NCBI RefSeq assembly: GCF_006345805.1
Contig: NC_043004.1
Coordinates: 6,262,001-6,326,000, forward strand
Length of the DNA stretch: 64,000 bases
Direction of reading: 5' to 3'
Source of the DNA: Octopus sinensis
Lineage: Eukaryota
Below are positions 50,832 through 64,000 of this stretch, in pieces. The notes under the pieces are model-generated. The model was given only the letters and a program-made list of their open reading frames with translations. It did not search any database and had not been told where the DNA came from. A program made the translations under genes and the position numbers. The first letter of the stretch is position 1. Each line of letters starts with the position of its first letter.

Positions 50832-53094
50832 TTAAGACAGTATGATTTAAGGGAATCTGCCTACTATTTCTAGCCACTCAAGTACCTATGTAGAGTCCCA
50901 TTATTGGTCTTTAATGAAAGCTTTGTAATACTTGGTAATTCCATGTTGTCACTTTGATGTACGCTAGCTAAATGTCTAATTTGTCATGTAGTAATGATGC
51001 TATTGTCAGTCCGCTGTGTTGTGATGTATTTTAAACTAATTATGTTATGTTCCAGTCCAACTTAACTTGACCTTTGCTTAAATTTCTATTGGCTGTCACT
51101 GCTCAACACACACTGATGGGATCTTGGAAGTTGTCTCCTGTCAGCAGATGTGCAAGACATTTGCTGATGTTATGACACTTAACAAAAATAGATTTGCATA
51201 GCAAGTGGATATGATGTTAATAGCATGTCATACTTTCTCTCAGTTAATTAACTTGGTCAAACTGAAGTTCCAGATTAAGCAAAGGCTGTACCAGAGCAAC
51301 TGGCTCTTAGAATGCAGCAATGAATACAAAATTTTTTCTTATCTATGTTCTGTAGTCATTAGGACATTTATAGCCAGTTTCAACAGATTTAGTGGAGAGG
51401 ATGAGCAATAAATTAAACGCTTCCATTGGAAATGGAATTGCCGTAAAATCTCAACTGATATCCTCTTGCTGAGACAAAACCATTGATATTAATCAAAATG
51501 TAGGTAAACTCAACAAACTGATCATTGATTTATAACAAGAAAAATAATTAAAAATATAAAATGTGTTTTCGTTCATGCAATTTTTGTTACAATTATTAAT
51601 AATAATTCTTTCTTTATTCTATCGACTCTGAAAAGATGAATGGCAAAGTTGACTTTGACAGGATGATAATAATAATCTTACTACTATAAGCACAAGGCCT
51701 GAAGTTTTGGGGAAGAGGGTTAGTCAATCACACCAACCTGAGTGCTCGACTCATACTCCAGCAGAATTTGAACATAGAATAATAATAATCATGATTTCTA
51801 ATAAAGACAGAATATCATCAGCCTGTGGAACAAGCATTCTGTATCCTTATGTTTCATCAGCTACAAACAAAAAAGAAATTCATTGCCCACTTAGGACTGT
51901 CTTATAAGGAACAACAAATGATAAATTTTCTGTTTCCTGTGCAAAGACTTGTCAAACTGGAATTAATTAAAAGCATCGTTCATAATCCAGCTTGGTATGT
52001 TTTCAGAGACATTGTCTATGAGGAGAATCTTTCTTCCCTGGCAGTCACCAGTGGAGGTCGTACCACATTTGAATGTTAAATATAAGTACATATATTTTTA
52101 TTATAACAACAACATCAATAATAATAATAATAATAGTAACAGCTTCTCCGTATGACTGTGCCAAAAGTAATATTTATTTAGAGAAAAAAAAATAAAAGGA
52201 AAATAAACCATTCCATTGGATTCCTGGTTGGTATATGTGGTTCTTGAAAAACAGTGAACCATCTAAACTAAGACAAATATCAGACAGATACAGGCATAGG
52301 CATGGCTGTGTAGTTAAGAAGTTTGCTTTACAACCACATGATTTGAAGTTCAATCCCACTGTGAGTGGATTTGGTAGAGGGAAACAGAAAGTAATCCCAA
52401 GTGTCAAAACCATAGTGATATCTGTTTGAACAACTGATGATGGGATGCACATGTTATACTCAATTGTGAATTTCTTATATCTTAGGCTCATTATTTTGGG
52501 TTGTCTTCATTCTTGTAAAGCGGAAAGTGTTTGAAGATTCATAGTCTGTGGGGATTACTTATTTTGGAATTGTATCGTTTTCTTCATAGGTAACCTAATT
52601 AGGCTTAGACAATGCTTAGATATTGGTATCTAGTTTTGGAAGGTTTTATAGCATGCACACACACATGATGTAAGTGTTTGTGTCTCCTGTTATAGGTGTA
52701 AATGAGTGTCACTGTCATACAAGCAGGGTCTTTCATTTCCAATATTCTACAAAACATGTCTGATCATGTAGAAATATTATCTTATTTGGAAACAAGTGAG
52801 GGTTGGCAACAGGAAATGCATCCAGCCAGGTAAAATCTGCTTCAACCAACTCCATCAGATCCATACAAACATGGAAGAAGAGTGGATGTTAAACCAATGA
52901 TGATGAGAGACAAAAAAAATTTTTCTTACTTGTTAGACATCAATGTAAAACAAACTAAAATTGATAATTTAAACATACATAACTAATAATATAACAACAA
53001 ACTGCTGTTTCTGAATATATATCACATACAGCCACCAGCATTTATTACTGATATCATCTGTCAAATCCACTACACTGTTTATTCTTTAACTTTC

Positions 53095-53329
53095 ATCTTT
53101 TACAGGTTTCAGTCATTTGACTGTGGCCATGCTGGGGCACCACCTTGAATAAATTTAGTCAAATGAATTAACCTCAGTACTTATCTTAAGCCTGGCAGTT
53201 ATTCTGTTGGTCACTTTTGTCAAACCGCTGTTACAGCAGAGACATAAACAAACCAACACCAGTTATCAAGCAGTGGTTGGTGACAAAAATCACACACACA
53301 TATTATATATATATATATGTATATGTATA

Positions 53330-53411
<82 letters not shown>

Positions 53412-53545
53412 ATGTATGTATACACACACACATACACATGATGGGCTTCTTTTAGTTTCTGTCTACCAAATCCACTCACAAGGCTTTGGTCAACCTGAGG
53501 CTCAAATAGAAGACACTTGTCCAAGGTGCCATGCAGCAGGACTGT
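53095..53545 (-). mobile_element. SINE family A with an expanded (TA)(TG)(TATG) tract
   Basis: Reverse-complement similarity. Confidence 0.85.
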
Positions 53546-53799
53546 TAAACAATATATTTTAATTAAAAAAATGATAGGGTAGTGGCCATAAATATTTATA
53601 TTGTAATCATCATCATCATATAATGTCCATTTTTCCATGCTTCCATAGTTCAGACAAAATTTATTGAAGCAAATTTTCTACAACTGGATGCTCTCCCTGT
53701 CACTAACCCTCACTTGTTTCCAAGCAAGCTAGTAATGCCAGTGACCCAGATATGTTTTTCCATGGATGACTGAAAATGAACACTAATTGAATACCGCTA

Positions 53800-54173
53800 A
53801 CATACAAGACAAGGGTACTCACATACGTGAACTGCACAGGCACTCTGTTGGTTATGCTGATGAGGGTTCCAGTTGATGCAATCAACAGAATAACCTGCTT
53901 GCAAAATTAATGTGCAAGTGACTGAGCACTCCACAGACACACACTACCTTAATATAATTCTCAGGGAGATTCAGTGTGACACAGAATGTGACAAGGTTGG
54001 CCCCTTTGAAATACAGGTACAACTCATTTTTGCCAACAGAGTGGACAGGGGCAACACGAAATAAAGTGTCTTACTCAAGGACATGAATGTGCCATCAGGA
54101 ATTGAACTCATGACCTTACAATCATGAGCTGAATACCCTAACCACTAAGCCATGTGCCTTCACACATAAATAC
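53800..54173 (-). mobile_element. SINE family C-like copy
   Basis: Minus-strand tRNA head (ACCACTAAGCCATGTGCCTTCAC) and central domain similar to 25323-25577. Confidence 0.7.
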
Positions 54174-55050
54174 ACACAGACAGACATATAGGTAAACGGA
54201 TATAAACAACAGGCTTCTTATAGTGTCTGTCTACAAAATCCACTCACAAGGCTTTGATCAGCCCAGGGTTATAATAGAAGATATTTGCTTCTTTAATGTG
54301 AGAATAAAATAACAGCTTAGTTTCACACAACAAAAAAAATATTTGTTGGTTTCATTAAATGAAACCTTATCATTACAACACCACTATAAAACACGCTGTT
54401 ATGCTGAAATACTCGAGATAATACTGGTAATGATTTCACCAACTAACAAACAATAAACAATAGATGCGGGGGTTTCTATTAAAATATAGTTTAAGTTAAA
54501 ATATCTTGTCAAAAATAAAGTTAAAATAAAATCAATATAGTAAGAAATTACAGTATTTCTTAAACATCTGTTACTCTTAGGAAACTACATCTTGATAACA
54601 TTAAGTTTCTTAAACATACAACAACTACATTTAGATAATTGGATAAATGTGTCTTATGTATATGTGTGAAGATACGTGTTTGTGTGTAGGCAATAAAGAG
54701 GTCTGTATGTAGTGGCTCAGTCTGCTAGAAATAGCAGACAAATTTCCATCAAATCATATCCTACCTGCTTCAAAAAGAGCACACTGGATAATGTAACCAT
54801 CATCCAGAAAATAAAGAGATGAGAAGGTCATAATAAGAATGCTTTGATCATAGGTTTGCTTCACAGGGACAGACCTAGGGATGAACAATAATAACTACAT
54901 ATATATTGCTTTTGCTTATTTTGCGCCACAAAAACCTAAAAGTGGTCAATACACATTTATATTAGAAATGCACAGTTTGATGTTTTATACACATGAGATA
55001 AACAGGAATATATATCCAAGCCACACTTTTGCTCAAACTTTTCTTACAAA

Positions 55051-55450
55051 GTGAAGTGGCTGTGTGGTAAGTAGCTTGCTTACAAACCACATGGTTCCGG
55101 GTTCAGCCCCACTGTGTGGCACCTTGGGCAATTGTCTTCCTTCTACTATAGCCTCGGGCCAACCAAAGCCTCGTGAGTGGATTTGGTAGATGGAAACTGA
55201 AAGAAGCCCGTTATATATATGTATATATATATATGTATGTGTGTGTGTATATGTTTGTGTGTCTGTGTTTGTCCCCCCCCTCCTCAACATCTCTTGACAA
55301 CCGATGGCGGTGTGTTTACGTCGCTGTAACTTAGTGGTTCGGCAAAAGAGGTCAATAGAATAAGTCCTGGGGTCAATTTGCTCGACTAAAGGTGGTGCTC
55401 CAGCATGGCCACAGTCAAATGACTAAAACAAGTAAAAGAGTAAGAGTAAA
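55051..55450 (+). mobile_element. SINE family A
   Basis: Full colinear similarity. Confidence 0.9.
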
Positions 55451-55484
55451 GTAGCAGAGTGTGGATAAATGTAATCTAATTTAC

Positions 55485-55535
<51 letters not shown>

Positions 55536-56360
55536 TTGCCATTAGGAAGGGCATCTAGCTGTAGAAACCATGCTACAACAGCTATTTGGAGTTTGGACAG
55601 CTAGGGTTGGACATTTTAGTCACCTACATACAGATGTCTACAATTCCTGATCCGAAGATAGTCATCTGCAAGAAAAATGTGGACAGGAAGGGAATTCTGT
55701 TACAGTCTGGGAAGGGATGAAGTGAAAAAAAAAAAAACGAGCAGGCCTGGGGGGCTCTCATAGTCAGAAAGGCAGAATCTATAAGTTAGTGCTTGAAACA
55801 ACTTTGTTGGTGAGTGAATCATTGTCCAGCAGTTAAATGACTTTGTTGGATGAAATTACTGTGTGTGTGCATGTGCATGCATGCACATGCTTGTAAGTAA
55901 TAATTACTCCATGATGTGAGTATGATAAAATTTAACAGTGTGGTGAGAAGCACCACTAAAAGCATTAACCGAGCAAGCAGATGATGCAGAAGATAAATAA
56001 GTGCAAGGCTATAAAATCCATCTAAGCGATGCCATCATGGAAAAAAATGGTTATAAATTTTAGGATGATGTTATAGAAGATTACACATTCTGAGTTGATG
56101 GGAAAATCAACAGATGGATACAGCATTTTAATCAAAGGATGGAACAGAGCCTGACAGTTCTATTGATTGACAATGCCAAATATGTAAAGCACTGCAAGTG
56201 TTCTGGGCTGTCTATTTGCAAGTATGGCTTGGCTGTATAGTTAAGAAGCTGGCTCAACAATCATGGAATTCTGGGTTCAATTCTCCTACACGATGCCTTG
56301 GGCAAGTGTCAGCCTTGTGGAGGTAATTTAGAAGACAACAATGGTGTGGGAAGTATGTGA

Positions 56361-56396
<36 letters not shown>

Positions 56397-56399
56397 CAC

Positions 56400-56640
56400 A
56401 AATCAATCCATCTTTCCCACCCAATATTCTTGGGAGGGTTGTAGGAGTAGAATCCTCATGTACCTCTTCCACAGAGTCCTGTCAGAAGCAACTATCATTA
56501 CAATTCCTGAATTCCTGAGCATGACTAGCTGAAATCATAGATATTATCTAACCACCTCGTTCTTGGTCTACCTCTAAGTCTCCAGCCTGTTGGATTGGTT
56601 TGGCTTAAAAAAATGCATCTTTCATGACATTTTATGTGTC
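56400..56640 (-). mobile_element. RTE LINE 3' remnant
   Basis: Minus strand AGAGGTAGACCAAGAACGAGGTGG encodes RGRPRTRW, followed by LDNI; same family as 60790-61250. Confidence 0.7.
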
Positions 56641-56844
56641 AAAAAGACAACTAAGTCCTTGAACATCAGCACTATTCATAGGGAACATCTCACCCTAAGC
56701 AGAAATGAATGATGGTCAATAACTAGGAAGAATAGCCAACAGTTAGGGAATATTTGAACTTTCTTTGGTCGACCTGAGGCTATAGTAGAAAGCAATAACC
56801 CAAAGCACCATGCCATGCAATCCATGCCAAGATGGGAAATACAC

Positions 56845-57225
56845 AGGTGTGACTGTGTGGTAAGTAGCTTGTTTACCAACCACACGGTTCCAGGTCCAGT
56901 CCCATTGTGTGGCACCTTGGGCAAGTGTCTTCTACTATAGTCTCAGGCTGACCAAAGCCTTGTAAGTGGGTTTGGTAGAAGGAAACGAAGAAGCCCATTG
57001 TGTGTGTATATCTGTATGTATGTGTGTGTGTTTGTTCCCCTGCCATTGCTTGACAACTGATGCTGGTGTATTTATGTCTCTGTAACTTAGCAGTTTGGCA
57101 AAGGAACCGATAGGATAAGTACCAAGTGCACAGAGAATAAATCCTAGGGTAGATTTCTTCAACTAAGATCCTTTAAGGTGGTGCTCCAGTATGGCCACAG
57201 TCAAATGACTGGAACAAGTAAAATA
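56845..57225 (+). mobile_element. SINE family A
   Basis: Full colinear similarity. Confidence 0.9.
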
Positions 57226-60084
57226 ATTAAATGATGGTGATATCATTCTAAACATCGTTTAACATCCATTTCCCAAGCTAGCATGGTTTGGATGGTTTGA
57301 CAGGAACAAGCAAGTCAGAAGACTTGCCTGTCAGTTTCGGCATGATTTCTGTAGCTGGATGCCCTTCCTGATACCAACTGCTTTTCAAAGTGTACTGGAT
57401 ACTTTTCACATGGCATAAGCAGCAGTAAAGTCTGCAAGTAACTTGCAGGACAAAATTCCTCAACTGGGGAGAACAGTATTGAAGGAAACAAAGTTGTCTT
57501 ACATTAGTAGACATAAGCTTCCTCAGATGGCGAATAGAGGAGAGAAAGATGAAGATGTGATAAGGGGGTGCAGTGGCTGAACACCAAAATTACAGGTGTA
57601 TATAGTGGTGTAGAAATAGGATATATACATTTATATGTAATAAATACATAATTTAAGTAATCGGTCTTCATCATCATCATTTTCTGCCTGGTTCCCAGGC
57701 TTGCCTGAGTTGGTCAGAGTATCATCTATATGTTGATATGTCAGAAAATCTAAAGACAATATCTAACATTTAAATTGGCAAATTTTGAAAATTCATATTT
57801 TAAATTAAAAACAGAAAATTATTTTTGGTAATCTTAATTAAAATGGAACATGGATAGTTTTCTAATATTTGAGGTTATTGTAAATTTTCTGAAACAAACA
57901 GGCAGTTAAACATATTTACACACACACATAAGAAAAAGAATGTTATCAAGAAGACAATAAAAAGTTTTAAAAAAGAATAATAATTACTTATAAATGATAT
58001 GTATATTGATTATTCCAGAGATCACAGGAAAAATAATTATCTTTTAACATATGAATATATTTTATGGATTTCAAATACCAGAAAAGGGAGAATTATAACT
58101 TATTATGCTGTCGGAGCTAACATATAAAAGATTTATTGGGGATTTGTATATATATATATTACCAATGAATTGTTGTTTTATGCCAGAAATATATTGTTCT
58201 GATTTCAATTAATTTCCTAAACTGTGGTATCCCTTGGCCAAATGCTTCATTTGTCCAAAAGAAAGGCAACATTATTTGGATTGCTTTGATAGGAAAAATA
58301 AAACATGAAAAGACATTTTAGATATAACAACAGAATTAATAAATGAATATTAAATTTCAACAGACAATAGATTTCTATCAAATCTTACCAGTTTTTGTTG
58401 GTTTTTCTAAAACAATCAATACACATTTTGGACTTATGGTTATGTTCACAACTTAGGGCATTCCACATGGTAATTCACACAACTAAGTAGCAGCCATGAA
58501 ACTTGATTGAGTAAACAAGTCTTCAGACTAGAGTCTTTTCCCTTCTTCATTCTGATGGGCTATGTGGCATAAAGTCTGAGCAAACACTGACAAATATTGA
58601 GTTTTTGTTATATTTACAATTCACCACCAACTCTTCTTTCGTGGTGTGTGTCTTGTCTTAAGGGGGAATAAAGTCAATAACTAAATTAAAAGGAGCTGAA
58701 AATTCTGTCAGTTAAATAATTTTTTTAGAATTATATAAACTTGAATAATAAACATCTATTAGAAACAATAAAATCCATACAAAACTATTTAGAAATGTCA
58801 GCTTTGTCTTGACTGGTCAGTTGTCATTTAATTTCATAGATATATTCCTTTTGCCTGTGTCTGTCTCTCTCTCATTAGTTCTCTTCCTTTTTCTTCATTG
58901 ATTTGTCAGTTGCTAGCAGAATGAATTTTAGCAAATAAATTGCAAGGCCAAGCCAACAAGTATATTTTCAGTGGGATATAAAGCAGACAGGTGGTGAAAA
59001 GTTAAGGAGAACAAGCTGATTGCATATACAAGGAGTACGTGACAGCAAAATTTCAAGAACACCAGCAGGTGAAAAGTTACAATCACAGCATCTGTCAACT
59101 ATCGTGTACATAACATATAAAACCAAGCGTTATTCTAAATGAAAAAGTACATAAGCAATTCTATATAACAACAGCATCTGACTATGTATATTATATGCAG
59201 TGTTAATAGTCAAAAGGATTAAGAGCTAATCCTACCACATAAATATCCACAACAGACATTTTACGAGGTGAACTACACACCAATTAGACATTAAAAATTT
59301 TATTCACTTCATTAAATAAATTATTGCTAAATCTCAAGAAATAAATATCTAATAATCTAATATATATCTAAAATATGTATAAATCTTGCCAAACCTTGTA
59401 AAAATTGATTTTTTTAAAAAGTTCAAACAAATAGTGTCAAGGATATTAAAATTAAGCTCCTTTAATATGGGATAGAGTAATTAATCCACGTATCAGTTGA
59501 TTATATCACATAAGAAAGATGAATTCCATTTAAAAACACACACATAAGACTTAACATAAGACTTTGTTAATCTAATTATCAAAACATACAAGACATAAAT
59601 AAAGGATATAAAGAAAATCCCTGTGGTTTTGATGCCACTCTTGTCCCTTGTTATTATAAAGCGGGGAGGGTTAAGCTGGATTCAACATGGCCACCATGTC
59701 ATGGGTTTGATATTGCTTTCTTGAGTTCAGAAACTAGTTGTTATATTTCTACCAGTCATTAACCCCACCTCATCATCACAAATCCAAAGACAATGAAAAA
59801 ATAACAGTGTACAATATTTACACCTTCCACAAAGACTTTGTTGATACAATAAACATGGACAGCAAGCAGCCAGAACTGTTAGCAAATAATGCCTTGTGTG
59901 TGAATTTGGTATATTCCTGAGCTTGATTTGATAAAGTAAATCTTTGGAGGTGATGCTCCAGCATGGCTGCAGTCTAGTCTCCATTTCTTCTTAGGTTAAG
60001 TGGAAATGTTGCTCGCAAGAGTTAATAATTAAATTTCCTAATTAATTTTTTTTCTTGTATGCTCACTTCCTTTCTGTACTAAAT

Positions 60085-60710
60085 CAATGGTTTTCAATCG
60101 GGGTCTATATGACTCCTAGGGATCTGTATAAGACTTGGGGGGAGGGGGGCACAGAGAAGTAAAATAGTAAATTAGGGGCCCCTCATCATCATCGTTTAAC
60201 CTCTGCTTTCCATGCTAGCATCAGTTGGACGATTTGACTGCAGTCTGGCGAACTGGATGACTGCCCCAGACTCCAATCTGATGTGGCAGAGTTTCTACAG
60301 GTGGATGCCCTTCCTAATGCCAACAACTCCGAGAGTGTAGTGGGTGCTTTTATGTGCCACCGGCATGAGGGCCAGTCAGGCAGTACTGGCAATGGCCATG
60401 CTCAAATGGTGTTTTTTATGTGCCACCTGCACAGGAACCAGTCCAGTGGCACTGGCAATGACCTCGCTAAGGATTCAGAAAAAATTTTGGTTTAGAAGTA
60501 TTTATTGCAAGAAACATTTTTTTTTCCCCCCTCAAACATTTTACTTAGTTCAACCTACACAAGTTAATGTGTGCAAAGCAAAATAGGAATTTTGAAAGAA
60601 AACCTATAAAACTAGTTTTTAAACATGGAATGGCTATGGGTGTCCACCAAAATAAAATAGTAATTAAATGAGTCTATAGATCAAAAAAAAAAAAAAAGAA
60701 AACAGCTGAG
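60085..60710. mobile_element. Degenerate hAT MITE with a nested family D copy (about 60182-60470)
   Basis: CAATGGTTTTCAATC left end; family D 66-bp units at 60364 and 60430. Confidence 0.6.
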
Positions 60711-60789
60711 AATAGGTGTGTTAGATAATACTACAAATTAAGATCTTCACAGATATTCTACTTTGGATACTGAATAATGTACCAGCTTC

Positions 60790-61250
60790 AGCAGTTGACC
60801 TTCAGAAGAAGGTTAAAAAACCAAGCTTGCTATCTTCAATTCAGTTCTCATGGCTATCATCCATATGGTCATGGATGTTGGGTAATGACCGAAAAAGTAG
60901 AATCGCAAATACAAGCAACTGGAACGAGATGCATGTGAAGGATCTCTGAAGTAATGTGTAGCTCAGAGATCAGGGAGTCTCAAGGTCAAGGTGCTACTTC
61001 TTCACATTGAGAGGTCACAGTTATTGTTCTAGAATGTCACAGGAAAGGATCGCAAGTCAAGTAGGTGGCAGGGGAGCTAGGGGTAGATCAAGAACAAAAT
61101 GGTTGGATAATATCCATAGTTTCAATTGGTTACATTTAGGAACCCTAGAGAGGTGATGCCTGGAGACTACTTCACAACCCTTCCAGGAATAGTGGGCAAT
61201 GGAAATGGATGAATAGATGGATTTATGTATATTTTCTGATATGAATTCTT
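60790..61250 (+). mobile_element. RTE LINE RT C-terminal remnant
   Basis: Frameshifted KTKLAIFNSV, YGHGCWVMTEK, LLLHIERSQL, RMSQERIA and GRSRTKWLDNI, then a (GATG)-type tail. Confidence 0.8.
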
Positions 61251-61867
61251 TTCAAAGTGGATGTCTAATTTATTGATAAATCAAGGTAGTTCTTGTCCAC
61301 AAGTAGATAATTGCTACTGGCATTACAGCTTGCTAAATCACTTTAAAGTAGTTCTTGACTCAGATTAAAAACTACAAAATGTTCATAGGAAATAGAAATC
61401 AGTAGAGACAAGGATAAACAAAAGTTATCCGCTTTTACATGTTATGAAGAGAAAATCAAAACAATTTGTTAATAAATGTCTATTTCACATTTTTAGATTT
61501 TAATGTTTTTCTGAGTGTGATTCTACAGAATGCAATTTAGACAAAATATCTTGATTCAAGTAATTAATTTGAATTATGCTCTTGCACATATCTTCAAGAC
61601 AGTGACGAGTATATGTGAGAGAGAAAACATATTCACTTTAATTAGGAAAAAAAAAATTCATTACCACCATTAATTAGCACCAGTTTAATATTTACAATTT
61701 TATACAAGTATTAGTAGGACAGATTTATAATACATCAATATTACATTCATCTTGATCTGGTATCTAACAAAACCAACATTATCAGACTGAACTCCATTAT
61801 GCCAAAACTTATTTTCTCCCAACTTTCACCTCCAGTTGATGCTTCCCTTCACCAGGATACATTAGTC

Positions 61868-62626
61868 CAGCGTTTCTCAACCTTTTCACCCTTAAATAAA
61901 TTCCATGTCTCAAGGAACCCCTGCACAAAAAAATATACCATATCTATCTCATATCTATTTCATAATAGTTCATGTGGTAAATATCACATATATATATATA
62001 ATCTTTTGTGGTGAATGGCGATTTGACGTCTATATCTAGCATGTTGACTGTCCACTTTTCGTGTTCAGTCCTTAATTGGTATATATATATATATATATAT
62101 ATATGGTTGTTATATCTTTAATAACATAAGGTTAGATAAGATGATGTCTACATTACAATAACCAATAATATGTTGTGCATGTATAGTAATATCACAATCA
62201 TGAAATTACGGAGATGTACTTGCATAGCAAGTAACCTGATCTGAGATTGTGTACTGGAATGAAAACAATTGCAGCGTTGAAGGTGTTTATAAGCCATTTA
62301 AGACACACACAAAAACCATTAGATTCACGTCAACATTTAAATTTAATTTGCCAAAATATTTTCATAGCTTTGAGACTGTGACCTGTTCACTGACAAAATT
62401 CCGTGCTGCACAGAATTTTGGCAAATTAAATTTAAATCTAAATATTTTGGCAAATTAAATTTAAATGTTGAAATGAATCTAATGCTTTTTGTGTGTTTCT
62501 TAAATGGCATATAATCACCTTCCACAATCATGAAATTAATATCAGCTTATCTCACTGTCTAGCAGAACCCCTAGGAACCTTTTGCGGAAACCTGGGGTTC
62601 CAGGAAACACCGGTTGAGAAACACTG
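61868..62626. mobile_element. hAT (Charlie-like) MITE with nested insertions
   Basis: TIRs CAGCGTTTCTCAACC / GGTTGAGAAACACTG; perfect 8-bp TSD CATTAGTC at 61860-61867 and 62627-62634. Confidence 0.9.
62209..62522. mobile_element. Retro-type insertion with an internal inverted duplication (Penelope-like?)
   Basis: 16-bp TSD CACAATCATGAAATTA at 62193-62208 and 62523-62538; inverted arms of about 85 bp at 62280-62362 and 62440-62522. Confidence 0.6.
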
Positions 62627-63539
62627 CATTAGTCATTCAATTCATCCACCTGCCCAATGTTCATTCTAAAAAGCTTATATTAAAAATACAGAAGACTATA
62701 TTCAATACATTTATCTCTTAATCCCCACTGAGCTGATCAAATTTTGGCTGGTGATGTAACATGCTAATCATATGCAAATTAGCCCTAACAACCTCTCTCT
62801 ATTGGCCAGTAAAATTAAAATATGCATACTACATCATATGAAATGTGGAGAATTCTGGAAAGCACCCCACTATCAAAAACAAGTGCATATGCTCAGAATG
62901 GAGTATACTACTCACTCTCTACATTGCTTATTACTCTATCATGTAATAAGAATTGGGTTTGTTGTTTAGTCTAAGTCAGCCTTGATTGAGCAGACTTATG
63001 ACAAAAGGTTTACCAGCCTTGATCATCCTGTCTTTTCCTTTTTTTTCCAGCATCAGCATGTCAATATGTTGTTCTTTTTTAAAGACAGTAGTGTATATTT
63101 CAAGGGCAATTTGGCTGCTGTTTTCAAGCAGGTCTACTAATCATGTAGATTACTAGACTTGCTTTATGAAATAAAAGTTAAACACATTTGTTACCCAAAA
63201 AGATTAAAGAAAACATTTTTCTTCCTTACAAGGGGGGGCTGTCATAAGATTAGATATCAGGACTTCGTGGTTAGTAGTCCAGCCTCTAAACATCACAGTT
63301 TCATTACAGTATTTCATTATAGGCATTAGTCCCTGGAAATATTAATTTCCATCTAACTTTATTTGCTAGAGAATATTTAATTGTCTAAGTAAAAGCAAAG
63401 CTAATTACATGACTCACTGTCATGCTTTATCATCATTTAAATGTCTCCTTTTCCATGCTCACATGGGTCAGAAGGAATTCTTTGAGACAGATACAGTCAG
63501 ATGCCTTTCCTGTCACCAACCATCACCCGTTTCCAGTAA

Positions 63540-64000
63540 TCTGACTGCGGCCATGCTCAAGCACCACCTTAAAGGGTTTTTTAGTCGAAAAAAATCGACC
63601 CCAAGGCTTATTCTTTGTAAACCTAGTACTTATTCAATTGGTCTCTTTTGCCAAACTGCTAAGTTACTGGGACATAAACACACCAACAATTGGTTGTCAA
63701 GCAATGATGGGGGGGACAAACACAGAAACAAAGACACCATGTGGTTGAGAAAATTGGAAACAAAGGATATCCTTGCATGATGGTGTTCATCATCATCATC
63801 ATCCATTCATTTTTCCATGCTGGCATGCTTGTTTAATACTATAACATGTCAAGACAAGGAGACACTAGCATGCACACACACACACATGCTAGGCTTCTTT
63901 CAGTTTCTGACTACCAAATCTACTCACAAGGCTTTAATTAGCCTGAGACTATAGCAGAAGAAACTTGCTCAAGATGCTATGCAATGGGATTGAACATGAA
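63540..64000 (-). mobile_element. SINE family A fragments
   Basis: Reverse-complement similarity at about 63540-63730 and 63850-64000. Confidence 0.75.

Noticed and set aside
51205-51411. 68-aa ORF or terminal exon after TTTCTCTCAG
   Set aside because: No recognisable domain; the region is better explained as motif-rich regulatory DNA, though it is not formally excluded.
464-63780. The many 60-120 aa ORFs in the track (e.g. ...LILCKPSTYSI..., THTHTH, YIYIYI, CVCVCV)
   Set aside because: They are translations of SINE family A/B/D sequence or microsatellites and recur at every copy; they are not genes.

Overview
AT-rich, microsatellite-laden animal genomic DNA. The SINE, RTE and MITE families look like those of octopus (coleoid cephalopod) genomes; this is an inference from recalled repeat sequences, not a database match. 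I can identify no complete host protein-coding gene. Almost all ORFs in the supplied track are artefacts of SINEs or microsatellites. The window is dominated by transposable elements: at least four SINE-like families, RTE LINE remnants, two dead mariner elements, hAT, piggyBac-like, Tc1-like and Harbinger-like MITEs, a Helitron, a Helentron-like fragment, and Penelope-type ends with hammerhead-like motifs. A CpG-retaining region at about 44.2-48.6 kb looks like a promoter. It has strong splice donors facing in opposite directions, and several splice-site-bounded segments further left could belong to a minus-strand transcript (low confidence). The most striking object is a 1,290-bp non-autonomous DNA transposon at 47300-48589 with about 360-bp terminal inverted repeats, GGC...GCC ends and a perfect 8-bp target-site duplication. 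Repeat boundaries are approximate unless a TSD or TIR is quoted.
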